The notes under the pieces were generated by a model. The model was not told where the DNA came from. It saw only the letters and a program-made list of their open reading frames with translations, and did not search any database. DNA of 34,772 nt from a virus. Taxonomy: Duplodnaviria > Caudoviricetes. Both the position numbers and the translations under genes were made by a program. Below, one piece after another: positions 10,265 through 18,852 of the stretch (the first letter of the stretch is position 1; every line of letters begins with the position of its first letter). Where the stretch lies: positions 1-34,772 of the IMG/VR virus record IMGVR_UViG_3300020045_009801. One strand, written 5' to 3'.

Positions 10265-11320
10265 TTAATTATTTAAAGATACGATAGGGACTTTTTGATA
10301 ATTTGTTGAAATAACTCCAAGAGTCGCTGGCATTACTCCGGACACTGCTGCATTGTCTGCCGTTCCCTGAATCTTTACATCAGCATCAAAAGCCGCAGAA
10401 CCATACGAGTACAGAGCCATTACCCTAATTGTATTGACTGAATTTGAATATGCAACCCAATACCATCCAGGAGTTAAAGTAGTGGCAGTAACATTCGATG
10501 TTATTACTCCAGGAGTCGCTGCCGAAACAGATTCAGCCGCAACTAATTTAGTATTTTTTGCTTCATTATAAACAGCCCAACTTACGGTTCCTCCTGCCGC
10601 TTCGGTTGTAATATGAAAGACAAAGTTATTCACAGTTAGCGCGAATGGAATATAGAATTTTGCAGCATATACTATATCTGCCACCATTGCATCTCCCGCA
10701 GCAAAAGACATCCCTAAAGCAGTAATTCCAGCCGGAGCAACATATTTTATTCCTGTAGTAGTATTTGCTTTATTCAAAAGCAGGACATCGACTTCAGCTT
10801 TTGTATAAATTGGAGTAGGGTCACCATCTACTATTTGAGGATAACGGGCATCTGCTTCATCCTGAGTGATAAATCCCAAATTGGCATTGCCAGGATAAAT
10901 ATACACTATCTCATTTGCAGCTTCTGAGATAAACATTCTTTCTTTAATAAATCCTCCATCTGAATACTGAATCTCCAATTTATCTGTCAATACCCTACTT
11001 ATGGTAGTTTTGACACTACTTATTTTTGAGACATATGATTCATTGATAGAAACGGCAGTTCCGGTCCCTGTTGACGGATTAACCTCTGTAACTTTAAGTA
11101 TTGTTATCGAGTTTTGTGCTGGAATCAAAAGATCAAGTGCTGCCTTAGAAATCGTAGCAGTATAATTTACCGGCTTGTCTTTTCCATTGATGTCGGCATT
11201 GTATCGGATAACTGCCTTAGATGAGGCATTATCTTTATAGAGAATGATGTTTTCTGGATTAATCAACATTGCGCCTGATGCGGCAATTCCATTTTTTGCT
11301 GTAATCGAGATTGATAGCAT
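10265..11320 (-). CDS. Probable virion surface protein: shared N-terminal module, YTKAEVD linker and beta-rich C-terminal domain
   Basis: Paralogy to 7724..8440; fiber-type motifs ITQDEADARY and YTKAEVD; TLTPGWYWVA strand; start 11320 or 11341. Confidence 0.65.
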   Translation of the reverse strand: MLSISITAKNGIAASGAMLINPENIILYKDNASSKAVIRYNADINGKDKPVNYTATISKAALDLLIPAQNSITILKVTEVNPSTGTGTAVSINESYVSKISSVKTTISRVLTDKLEIQYSDGGFIKERMFISEAANEIVYIYPGNANLGFITQDEADARYPQIVDGDPTPIYTKAEVDVLLLNKANTTTGIKYVAPAGITALGMSFAAGDAMVADIVYAAKFYIPFALTVNNFVFHITTEAAGGTVSWAVYNEAKNTKLVAAESVSAATPGVITSNVTATTLTPGWYWVAYSNSVNTIRVMALYSYGSAAFDADVKIQGTADNAAVSGVMPATLGVISTNYQKVPIVSLNN

Positions 11321-11361
11321 AATATTCAATATTTTAGTCATCTATGAGTTTAGAGACATTT

Positions 11362-11392
11362 CAAATATAGAAAATAATTTATATCTTTCGAA
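11362..11392 (-). promoter_or_regulatory. Promoter TTCG-N19-TATATTTG
   Basis: Consensus -7 element in the divergent intergenic region. Confidence 0.65.
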
Positions 11393-11409
11393 GGATTAAA
11401 TTATTTATT

Positions 11410-11667
11410 ATGCCACTCAAGAAAACTGCACTTTACTACAGATCTCATCCGAAGGCTAAGGCTGTCAAAGATGCCTATAATACTAAGTATGAGTCTACTC
11501 CAGAGAGGATAAAGTATAGATCAAAACTTTCAGTTATTCGAAAGAAACGCAAACTTAAAGGGGACTCTCGTGACTTGTCCCACCAAAAAAACGGCTCCCT
11601 AATTTTAGAGAACCGTTCTAAGAATCGTGCTAGGCAGGGCGCAAATGGAAAATCTACGCTTGGATAA
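11410..11667 (+). CDS. Small basic protein with degenerate HNH-like motif
   Basis: K/R-rich; DLSHQKNG.L..E..S.NRAR; fills a gap between minus-strand genes; AT-rich leader. Confidence 0.7.
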   Translation: MPLKKTALYYRSHPKAKAVKDAYNTKYESTPERIKYRSKLSVIRKKRKLKGDSRDLSHQKNGSLILENRSKNRARQGANGKSTLG

Positions 11668-12112
11668 TTTTGTCCGGAACCTTATCCTCAAAATACGGAA
11701 ACACATCCACAATGGGACTCAGCGAAAGCGAAGTCACTTCGTATGGAACCAAAATATAAGCCAATCCTTCTTTCATTCGTTCCATAGCCTGTTCGATATT
11801 ATCGGCAGCGATCAGGAAGTAGTTGTTAATTTTCTTTTCCTTTCCGGCTTTTTCATCAATCGTTACGATCTGCATTTTTCCTTTCCACCAATACTCTCCT
11901 GTTTCATGAGCGAATATCTCGACAATATTCGATTCAGACACTTTGCCAACGACAAACTCTCCGCGAACCATCGACATTAATTGCTCGGTCATTCTCGCTT
12001 CCGCCTCGGTACATCCCATAGCGTCCACCAAATAAGTTTCAGACACTTTACGCTCGCGCCCGTCGTCATCAACGCGGCAATACTTGCATTTTACTTCATA
12101 CCAGTTCTTCAT
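11654..12112 (-). CDS. DUF4494-like Bacteroidota protein
   Basis: WYEVKCKY...KVSETYLVDA..TEAEAR...IVDVFPY pattern. Confidence 0.85.
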   Translation of the reverse strand: MKNWYEVKCKYCRVDDDGRERKVSETYLVDAMGCTEAEARMTEQLMSMVRGEFVVGKVSESNIVEIFAHETGEYWWKGKMQIVTIDEKAGKEKKINNYFLIAADNIEQAMERMKEGLAYILVPYEVTSLSLSPIVDVFPYFEDKVPDKIIQA

Positions 12113-12129
12113 GATTTTTAATTTATTGG

Positions 12130-12324
12130 TTAATATTTAAAGCCTTTTTTCTTTTCTTTCTTCATTGATGTCAAATGATACTTGCCGCAGTGGGGACACG
12201 CATAGCAGCGTTTTGGCTTTTTAGTGTTCTGTCTTCTCCTTACTCCACGGCCTATCTTATTGGCAACATTTACCACATACTGTGCTTCATTCCAAGTATC
12301 AAAAGGTAGTTTTTCGCAAGCCAT
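12130..12324 (-). CDS. Small zinc-binding phage protein
   Basis: C.K..F...EA / RCYACPHCGKYHLTS motif. Confidence 0.75.
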   Translation of the reverse strand: MACEKLPFDTWNEAQYVVNVANKIGRGVRRRQNTKKPKRCYACPHCGKYHLTSMKKEKKKGFKY

Positions 12325-12360
12325 TTTAGTTAGTTTATTTCAGGCATTCCAATAGTCGAA

Positions 12361-12699
12361 CTAAAACCGTTTTACAAACTGTGATAATTCAATTGAAAGT
12401 TTATCATCTTCATATTGATCAAATTCAACCACAATAGGCTGTTCTTCGAGTTCTATGAGGAAGTTTAAAACCTTAAACATTTGGATAGTATCAAACGTAA
12501 ATTTTTCATGTTCACACCCAAACTTTTCTAAAATATGAACATCCATATAAACTTCTGGTTCTTTACTGAAAGTAAGTTCGCCTGTTTCTCTGGTAAACTC
12601 GAATGACTCACATCTCAATTCAATTGCCTTTTTTATTACTCTTGAAAATTCCTTTGTTGATAAAACTGTTTTCATTTCGTTAATTTTAAATTGTATCAT
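12361..12699 (-). CDS. Hypothetical protein
   Basis: ORF in the operon; start may be 12675. Confidence 0.6.
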   Translation of the reverse strand: MIQFKINEMKTVLSTKEFSRVIKKAIELRCESFEFTRETGELTFSKEPEVYMDVHILEKFGCEHEKFTFDTIQMFKVLNFLIELEEQPIVVEFDQYEDDKLSIELSQFVKRF

Positions 12700-12979
12700 A
12701 CTCAGTGTATTGCTTCAAATAATCAAGGTTTTCAAACCATGAAAAAAGGTCTTTTTCATTTATGACACAGTTCCCTTTGTGATCGTTTCTGCTTCCGGTA
12801 TTGCGGAGAAATACTCTCGCCATAAGATTGCCTTTTTCTTTTTCAAAGGCGTTTACCTGCATGGCTTTAATGCGCTTCAAGTGATAATTAATATCAGGTT
12901 CTGACTGATCACATATTTGAGATTGATCATTTATTTCAGCGCATTGTTCCTGAAATGTTTTTTGGTGCATAATTGGCAT
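12686..12979 (-). CDS. Hypothetical protein
   Basis: ORF with A-rich leader. Confidence 0.55.
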   Translation of the reverse strand: MPIMHQKTFQEQCAEINDQSQICDQSEPDINYHLKRIKAMQVNAFEKEKGNLMARVFLRNTGSRNDHKGNCVINEKDLFSWFENLDYLKQYTEYDTI

Positions 12980-13015
12980 AATTTTAAATTTTTAAATGGT
13001 TCAAATAGGTCCAAA

Positions 13016-13693
13016 TTATAACTTTTCTACATCGCAAAGCATCATCCACCAGTACGCTGCATATAACTCAACATCAATCACACTCCTCAAGCTACTTTCA
13101 AGTTTTAATGGGGATGAATGAACCATAAGCAATACCCTGTCATCTTCCTCCCAAATCATTGGAACGTTTCGTTTTTTAAGAAGTGATACCGGTAGCTTCT
13201 CGGGCAGAATGAATACATCCCATTTATCTGAAATCTTTTTAGTTTCAGAATAAGCTAATGCTGTTTTAACTTCCAGAACTGCCTTAAATAATACATATCC
13301 ATTTATCGGGCAAATATCTCCATTTCTTCTTCTGGCAAGTAAATGATGATAATCTATCTTTAAATACTTCTTACCAGAACAGCACAGAACAGCACAGCCT
13401 TCTATTACATGAGCAGACCAGAATACTTCATCGCCAATTTCAATTTCGAGTTCAGTTTTATAGTCGAAATTTCCAGGATAAATCGACTTAGGCAGTGCCG
13501 ATACTATTCCTGATCTGGGCATAAAATCTGATACTGAATATCCCTTTGTGTCAGACCATGCATCTTCTGAAAATGCAGATTTAGCGATAATTCCAGATTC
13601 TGTTTTGAATTCAAATGAGGTATCTTGTATTTCTACGAAGACGTGATTGTTTAATGGGCGTCCAAGGCTGGGTATTAGCAATTCATTTCTCAT
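13016..13693 (-). CDS. GroES-like protein, probably two tandem Cpn10-like units
   Basis: RPLNNHVFVE...KTESGII...G.V...EIEIGDEVF, then a second PINGYVLF...EDDRVL unit. Confidence 0.7.
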   Translation of the reverse strand: MRNELLIPSLGRPLNNHVFVEIQDTSFEFKTESGIIAKSAFSEDAWSDTKGYSVSDFMPRSGIVSALPKSIYPGNFDYKTELEIEIGDEVFWSAHVIEGCAVLCCSGKKYLKIDYHHLLARRRNGDICPINGYVLFKAVLEVKTALAYSETKKISDKWDVFILPEKLPVSLLKKRNVPMIWEEDDRVLLMVHSSPLKLESSLRSVIDVELYAAYWWMMLCDVEKL

Positions 13694-14271
13694 CTTTTTG
13701 TCATTTCGATAAAGTGATCAATATTTGCGATGATATAATCCTCGCTCCAAACTTTAGTGTTTTTAAACTCTTCGCCACAATCACATTCTGTTAAAAACAA
13801 ATTACCACAATTCGAACAAATAAAGGTATAGCCATCCTCTAATACCGAATTTTTAATTTGTGAGATTAGCCCATAGCCTTCATTTCCAAATTCTCCGGTA
13901 GTGCATATCTCGGCGACTAACGATTTTGCATCGCTTTTAATAATCTTTACGTCGAGTTTTTTATACTCAGACACTCTTGGATTAACAGGAAATTCTTCTT
14001 CTATCTGAATTAAACTATCCTGATGAACCAAATGACTTCCATTCACTTCAACGATAACTGCATCTTTCATATACAGAACAGTTTCTCCAACCTCTACTTC
14101 CATTGGAACTTCAGCAGTAGCTCCACCGGTTTGTTTTACTACTCCTTCGATTGGAGTATTTGATCTCGAAACTGCTCCGGCAGGAATGATAATTCCAGAT
14201 GGGAGTACTTTCTCTTTATTAGATTCGCTTTTTGGCTCCACTAAGAGTAACAATGATTTTATTTTTCTCAT
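13690..14271 (-). CDS. GroES-like co-chaperonin with C-terminal Cys-rich extension
   Basis: LLVEP...EKVLPSGIIIP...EGVV...PMEVEVGETVLY; C-terminal CSNC..CDC. Confidence 0.75.
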   Translation of the reverse strand: MRKIKSLLLLVEPKSESNKEKVLPSGIIIPAGAVSRSNTPIEGVVKQTGGATAEVPMEVEVGETVLYMKDAVIVEVNGSHLVHQDSLIQIEEEFPVNPRVSEYKKLDVKIIKSDAKSLVAEICTTGEFGNEGYGLISQIKNSVLEDGYTFICSNCGNLFLTECDCGEEFKNTKVWSEDYIIANIDHFIEMTKR

Positions 14272-14488
14272 CGAAATATGATTTTACGACTAGATGTTCT
14301 AGTCTTGATTTTGAAATTTCTCCTGTTTCTGGATTCATGCAGTAAGCTACGGTAAATTCCTCTGCCATGCTATTTCCTTCTGCTCCGTTCTGATATGACG
14401 ACTGAGAGATTAGAATAACCTCGGACTCAACATCATCGACGATTTCCTCATCTTCCAGCTTAACAACATATGCAGTAAGTATCTTCAT
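14219..14488 (-). CDS. Hypothetical protein
   Basis: ATGA-coupled ORF. Confidence 0.6.
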   Translation of the reverse strand: MKILTAYVVKLEDEEIVDDVESEVILISQSSYQNGAEGNSMAEEFTVAYCMNPETGEISKSRLEHLVVKSYFDEKNKIIVTLSGAKKRI

Positions 14489-14979
14489 TTTGAAAAATTA
14501 AACTTTATTTTACCAATTGCAGCTTCAACTAACCCCACCGATTCCATGACTTTATCATCATCTAAATTACCGATTAAGAACTGATTTAAAGAATGAATAC
14601 AATTTATCATGGCAGAATTTTGCTCCTGAATAAATGCCGTCATGCCTCTTTCTTTGATCATTGCCACTCCGGTTTCACGTTCCCTTTCTGCATCTAATTC
14701 TGCTCGACAAATATACATATATTTATTTACTAAAGCAGCAAAATCTTTATCTGTTTCGCTTCGATCTGAAATAGTTTTATTACAATGGACAACAGTTGCA
14801 TGGTCTTTGCCAAATCGTTCCGCATTTTTAACTTGGGATACTCCTGGCATTGTGTCAACGAAGGACATGCACAACTGCCTGGCCAATACTACATCTCCAT
14901 CCCTCGTCTTTGTAAATAACCTTTGAACTGGAACTCCACACATTTCTGCTGCACGTAACTCCCAAAATTTATACGTCAT
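14485..14979 (-). CDS. DnaA C-terminal-like helix-turn-helix protein
   Basis: TR...VVLARQLCM...FGKDHATVVH signature of the Bac_DnaA_C domain. Confidence 0.8.
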   Translation of the reverse strand: MTYKFWELRAAEMCGVPVQRLFTKTRDGDVVLARQLCMSFVDTMPGVSQVKNAERFGKDHATVVHCNKTISDRSETDKDFAALVNKYMYICRAELDAERERETGVAMIKERGMTAFIQEQNSAMINCIHSLNQFLIGNLDDDKVMESVGLVEAAIGKIKFNFSK

Positions 14980-14990
14980 GTTGTTGATTT

Positions 14991-15431
14991 TTAGATAAAT
15001 GATAATAAGTGTTTTTCAAACTGATCCTGAGTTAATTGATGCAGGAAGTACTTCAACACTGCATCTACCGACAGGGAATAAATATTCTGGAACTCTTCGT
15101 CGTCCATAGATTCAAAACTAATAGATAATGGGATTAAATGCTGCTCCCCTTCCATATCGACATGAATGTCTGCGTGTCCGATCATCAATGCAATTTCCTT
15201 CCTTAGAAAATTAATATTCCTAAACCGGTCGTATTTTTCCTCTTCTGGGAGAAAGTAAATTGTCGTATTGAGCAATGCGAAGTACTTCCGATGAAATGCC
15301 ACGTTTCTATCCTTCCATGTTTTAATGGATACCCAATCACCTTCTTTCAGCTTTAGCGATTTTTTAAAGTCATCGGCTGATTGAGGCTCGAATGAAGTAG
15401 TGTCTTTTGATATGATTGCTTTAAATTCCAT
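14991..15431 (-). CDS. DUF1367-like (NinB/Orf-related) phage protein
   Basis: RNVAFHRKYFALL...SISFESMDDEEFQNIY. Confidence 0.8.
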   Translation of the reverse strand: MEFKAIISKDTTSFEPQSADDFKKSLKLKEGDWVSIKTWKDRNVAFHRKYFALLNTTIYFLPEEEKYDRFRNINFLRKEIALMIGHADIHVDMEGEQHLIPLSISFESMDDEEFQNIYSLSVDAVLKYFLHQLTQDQFEKHLLSFI

Positions 15432-17128
15432 TATTTCTTCATCATTAATTCGAGAATATTTTCCATCACTACCTCTTCCGTATTATCTTCCGCCCCGGTG
15501 ATAATCCCAGACATCTCTCTTTTTTCGGCAATTATCTGGTAGATATATTCATCCACAGTCCCCTTGCCAATAAAGAACGAGTCCTGCACCGCATTTTTCT
15601 GACTCATTCGGTGGCATCTTCCTTCGTCCTGTTCAACATCCTTCTGATTCCACGGAAGTTCCAGATGAACCATTATGGAAGCCGCCGTCAGCGTAATTCC
15701 TACTCCACCAGCCTTGTAGTTTACGAAGAATAACTGCTTGTCTGACGGTTCAAAATCATGAGTCTCTTCATTGTGCCTTTCAAATTTTTTTCCACATGCG
15801 ACGCATTTCTGAAAATCATACTTTGCTTTATCTTTTTGAACTTCAGTTTCACTGCCTGTATAGAAAAGTGCATCTGGAAATGTTTTTCTCAATTCATCCA
15901 CAACTTCCTTTAAATAAACAAATACCACTATTTTTTCCCCAGACAAAAGAATATCACTGGCATATTCCATAAAATCAGAAATCTTTCCCCTTGCAGAAAT
16001 ACTTTTAAGTACACCTAATTGTACGAGAGCTTTAGCCCTCATACTTTTAGCTATCTGCTGGTCGGTTGCATTTTTCCATTCCCTGTAATATCTTTCAAGA
16101 TCAACTATTGCCTCATCGTATTCATTTTGATTTGTGATATTGCAATAAACCTTTTGTCTTGTCAAGGCCGGAAGCTCTGTTAAAACCATAGCCTTGTCCC
16201 GTCTAAAATAACAGTGCTTTCTAAGGATGTAATTAATCTCGACCCAACGGTCCTCGTCTGCGGCCATTTCTCTAAATCCCTTTACTCCGCCAAAATAACT
16301 GATCTTATCAATTGCCATTAATTGAGGCAAAAGGTCTATGGGTTTGTTCACAATAGGCGTACCTGATAAAAGCAAACTTAGCTCTTTACCCCTTGTTATT
16401 CCGTAAGATAGCTTGGATTGAATAGTTTTTGCGTCAGCCAGTCTATGAGATTCATCACAACAAACCGACTTGAAGATATTAATATTTGGATGGAAGTTTA
16501 CATGTTCAAGGCTCAACTTCTCTCCTGGCGGAGTTTTGATGTTCACGACAAAATATTTCTTTAGCGACTCGTAATTTACAATGAACACATCGAACATCCC
16601 CATCTGATGAAATACCGGCCAAGTGTGCTTTACGGAGTCAGTTAAAATTAACGGCTTGTGCTTATCTGTCCATAATTGCCACTCTTCCATCCAGTTTAAC
16701 TTTAAGTTTGCCGGACAAATTATAAGGCATGGAAATAAATTAAGCGCAATTATCGTTGCAATAGTTTCGGCGGTCTTTCCAGTACCCACCGCATCCCCAT
16801 TTATACAACTACCGTGAAGAATTGGGAATGCTACTCCCTCTTCTTGATAACCCCTGAGTGTCATTTTTAAATCAATCTTCCTATCCAGCTTAGGCATTTC
16901 TGCTATCGGGATGTCAAATATTTTTCTTTTTGATTTTCCATCAGGAAGCTGAAATCCGTATTTTTCACCAAAACTAAACACCAAGTCCTTATGTCGCGCA
17001 TCAACTTCCCATCTTTTATACTTAGTATTTAGTTGCGCATCAGGAAGCTTCATTACAGCGAAATTAATTCGCTTATTGAAGGGGAAGCTTATGTAGAAAT
17101 AATTGTCTTTCCAAATGATAATTTTCAT
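15431..17128 (-). CDS. SNF2-family helicase
   Basis: DAVGTGKT, CPANLK.NW, DESH, LSGTP, GGVGITLT, Q.EGRCHR. Confidence 0.92.
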   Translation of the reverse strand: MKIIIWKDNYFYISFPFNKRINFAVMKLPDAQLNTKYKRWEVDARHKDLVFSFGEKYGFQLPDGKSKRKIFDIPIAEMPKLDRKIDLKMTLRGYQEEGVAFPILHGSCINGDAVGTGKTAETIATIIALNLFPCLIICPANLKLNWMEEWQLWTDKHKPLILTDSVKHTWPVFHQMGMFDVFIVNYESLKKYFVVNIKTPPGEKLSLEHVNFHPNINIFKSVCCDESHRLADAKTIQSKLSYGITRGKELSLLLSGTPIVNKPIDLLPQLMAIDKISYFGGVKGFREMAADEDRWVEINYILRKHCYFRRDKAMVLTELPALTRQKVYCNITNQNEYDEAIVDLERYYREWKNATDQQIAKSMRAKALVQLGVLKSISARGKISDFMEYASDILLSGEKIVVFVYLKEVVDELRKTFPDALFYTGSETEVQKDKAKYDFQKCVACGKKFERHNEETHDFEPSDKQLFFVNYKAGGVGITLTAASIMVHLELPWNQKDVEQDEGRCHRMSQKNAVQDSFFIGKGTVDEYIYQIIAEKREMSGIITGAEDNTEEVVMENILELMMKK

Positions 17129-17853
17129 AACGAGTAATTCATTAGTGATTCGTAAGCTCTGTCATCAATGCTTCCTTTATACTTCTCGGCTACGCGACGT
17201 ATATTTTCCTCTTTCGCTGCCTTATGAACCTCAAATGCTTCTTCCTCTGTGCTGAAACTCCCTAATTGGACTCTTTTTGCATCCACACTAACATAAGCAT
17301 AATACTTCCTACCATGCAGAACAACTCCAATTTTATACGGACCCCTGGCGCTATTGTGATTTCCAAATATGCAATTCAATTCAAGAGGAAGAAAACAACA
17401 AGTTTCAGGAGAATATACTTTATTGTTCTTTACAATGACGTCTTTGTCTAGCATCCACCCATCTTTTCTTTTTTGCTCGGAATGCCATTTTGCAAAATTT
17501 TGATAATCAAGCCACTCCTCCACAATACTACAGCCCCTATACGTGGGTCTCTTGGTGTGAAACTTATCGTCATAACACCTATAAAGTATTCCAGCCCAAT
17601 CATTATATGCCTTTAATTTTTTACCATTAATCTCGCATCGATATTCACCACAACCCATATATCCCATTCCATATACTGTCGGAAATAGGAAATCTTTTGT
17701 TTTTCCATCCACCAATCTCGACATCACAGTTTTTGCCACAAATCCCGTATCAAACCTGACGACAACATTTTTTGCGTTGGTGTATTCTATTATAGTGCAC
17801 CAGCTTCCGAACGTATTCTTATATCTTTCTCCAACCCTGTCATTCTTTTTCAT
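17125..17853 (-). CDS. HNH-type homing-endonuclease-like protein with C-terminal AP2-like domain
   Basis: EEWLDYQNFAKW...LDKD...YSPETCCF; LGSFSTEEEAF; start taken at ATG 17853, just after the upstream stop. Confidence 0.8.
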   Translation of the reverse strand: MKKNDRVGERYKNTFGSWCTIIEYTNAKNVVVRFDTGFVAKTVMSRLVDGKTKDFLFPTVYGMGYMGCGEYRCEINGKKLKAYNDWAGILYRCYDDKFHTKRPTYRGCSIVEEWLDYQNFAKWHSEQKRKDGWMLDKDVIVKNNKVYSPETCCFLPLELNCIFGNHNSARGPYKIGVVLHGRKYYAYVSVDAKRVQLGSFSTEEEAFEVHKAAKEENIRRVAEKYKGSIDDRAYESLMNYSL

Positions 17854-17857
17854 AGTC

Positions 17858-18523
17858 CTAAATATTTTCTTTATTTTTTCCATAAAGGAGATGCCACCGG
17901 AAAAGCAACTCCTTGGCTTTTCTTTCTCCTGATTTATAAAATTCACTTTCTCTGTTGATAAAAACCTTAAACACTCGATGAGGTTTAATTTTTGAGATGC
18001 CAATCAATACATCTCGCTGCGAATTTTCTAATTGCATATACATAAATCGCTGCCGGTCGTAATTAAAGTGATAACAAGCAGCCTCGAACTCTCTCTGATT
18101 AATTGCCGCAGTGGATTTAATATCTCCTCCCCATCCCCAATCAGATCTCCACAAGTCCCACTTACACCTACAATCCATCTCAAATTTATACCCTTCATAT
18201 TCAAACTCTTTGTTTTTTTCGATGGTAATTTTTTGGGTGTCAGCGCCTGTGGCTATCATTTTACAGAAATCATCTTTCCAGAAAGCTTGCTTCATCGCCA
18301 CGATGGTATCGAACCTTGCCTTTTTAAATGGCTGACCATCCAGTGTTCTCTTGAAGTAGTTTACCCGATGCTGTTCGGTGATCATTGCATCAAGTAAGCT
18401 ACCATCAAGATATGCTTCGGTAGCATCTCTCTGATCCCGGCCACTCAGTTGATCGTCGAGCCATCCAAGGTCAGAATTACTAACTTCGAGTCTGGAATAG
18501 TATGGGTCGTTTTCTGCCGCCAT
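17858..18523 (-). CDS. PD-(D/E)XK exonuclease (RecE/DUF3799-like), partner of RecT
   Basis: YY...VSNSDL, RCKWDL...DIKST, Y.RQ..Y motifs. Confidence 0.8.
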   Translation of the reverse strand: MAAENDPYYSRLEVSNSDLGWLDDQLSGRDQRDATEAYLDGSLLDAMITEQHRVNYFKRTLDGQPFKKARFDTIVAMKQAFWKDDFCKMIATGADTQKITIEKNKEFEYEGYKFEMDCRCKWDLWRSDWGWGGDIKSTAAINQREFEAACYHFNYDRQRFMYMQLENSQRDVLIGISKIKPHRVFKVFINRESEFYKSGERKAKELLFRWHLLYGKNKENI

Positions 18524-18852
18524 TATTTCAGCTCTATTGGTCGCCAGTGAGTAACTGAATCAGAAAATGAAGAAGAGCCCATCCACTCCCACTTACTGTC
18601 CTTGTTTTGCTTAAACTTACTTCTTTTGGAAACTGTATATTTTCCATTTATAGTTCTTACCAAAACAGAATTTTCAGTATATGTGTACTTTTCGGTTTCG
18701 GTTAAGCTATCTGAATCTTCTGGGAACTCTTCTTCGACTGGAATCCAACGTTGAGCAAATTCAACACCAGCCTTAAATGACTGATCTTTGTGTAAAAATT
18801 CGCCTATCGTATTGTGAATGTGCTCCAGCACTCCTTCTTCAATTGTTTTCAC
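18523..18852 (-). CDS. DUF551-like protein
   Basis: WIPVEEEFPE...VTHWRPI. Confidence 0.75.
   Translation of the reverse strand: MKTIEEGVLEHIHNTIGEFLHKDQSFKAGVEFAQRWIPVEEEFPEDSDSLTETEKYTYTENSVLVRTINGKYTVSKRSKFKQNKDSKWEWMGSSSFSDSVTHWRPIELK

Noticed and set aside
17854-18003. N-terminal 50 aa of the 292-aa ORF
   Set aside because: Overlaps the exonuclease gene; the start is better placed at ATG 17853
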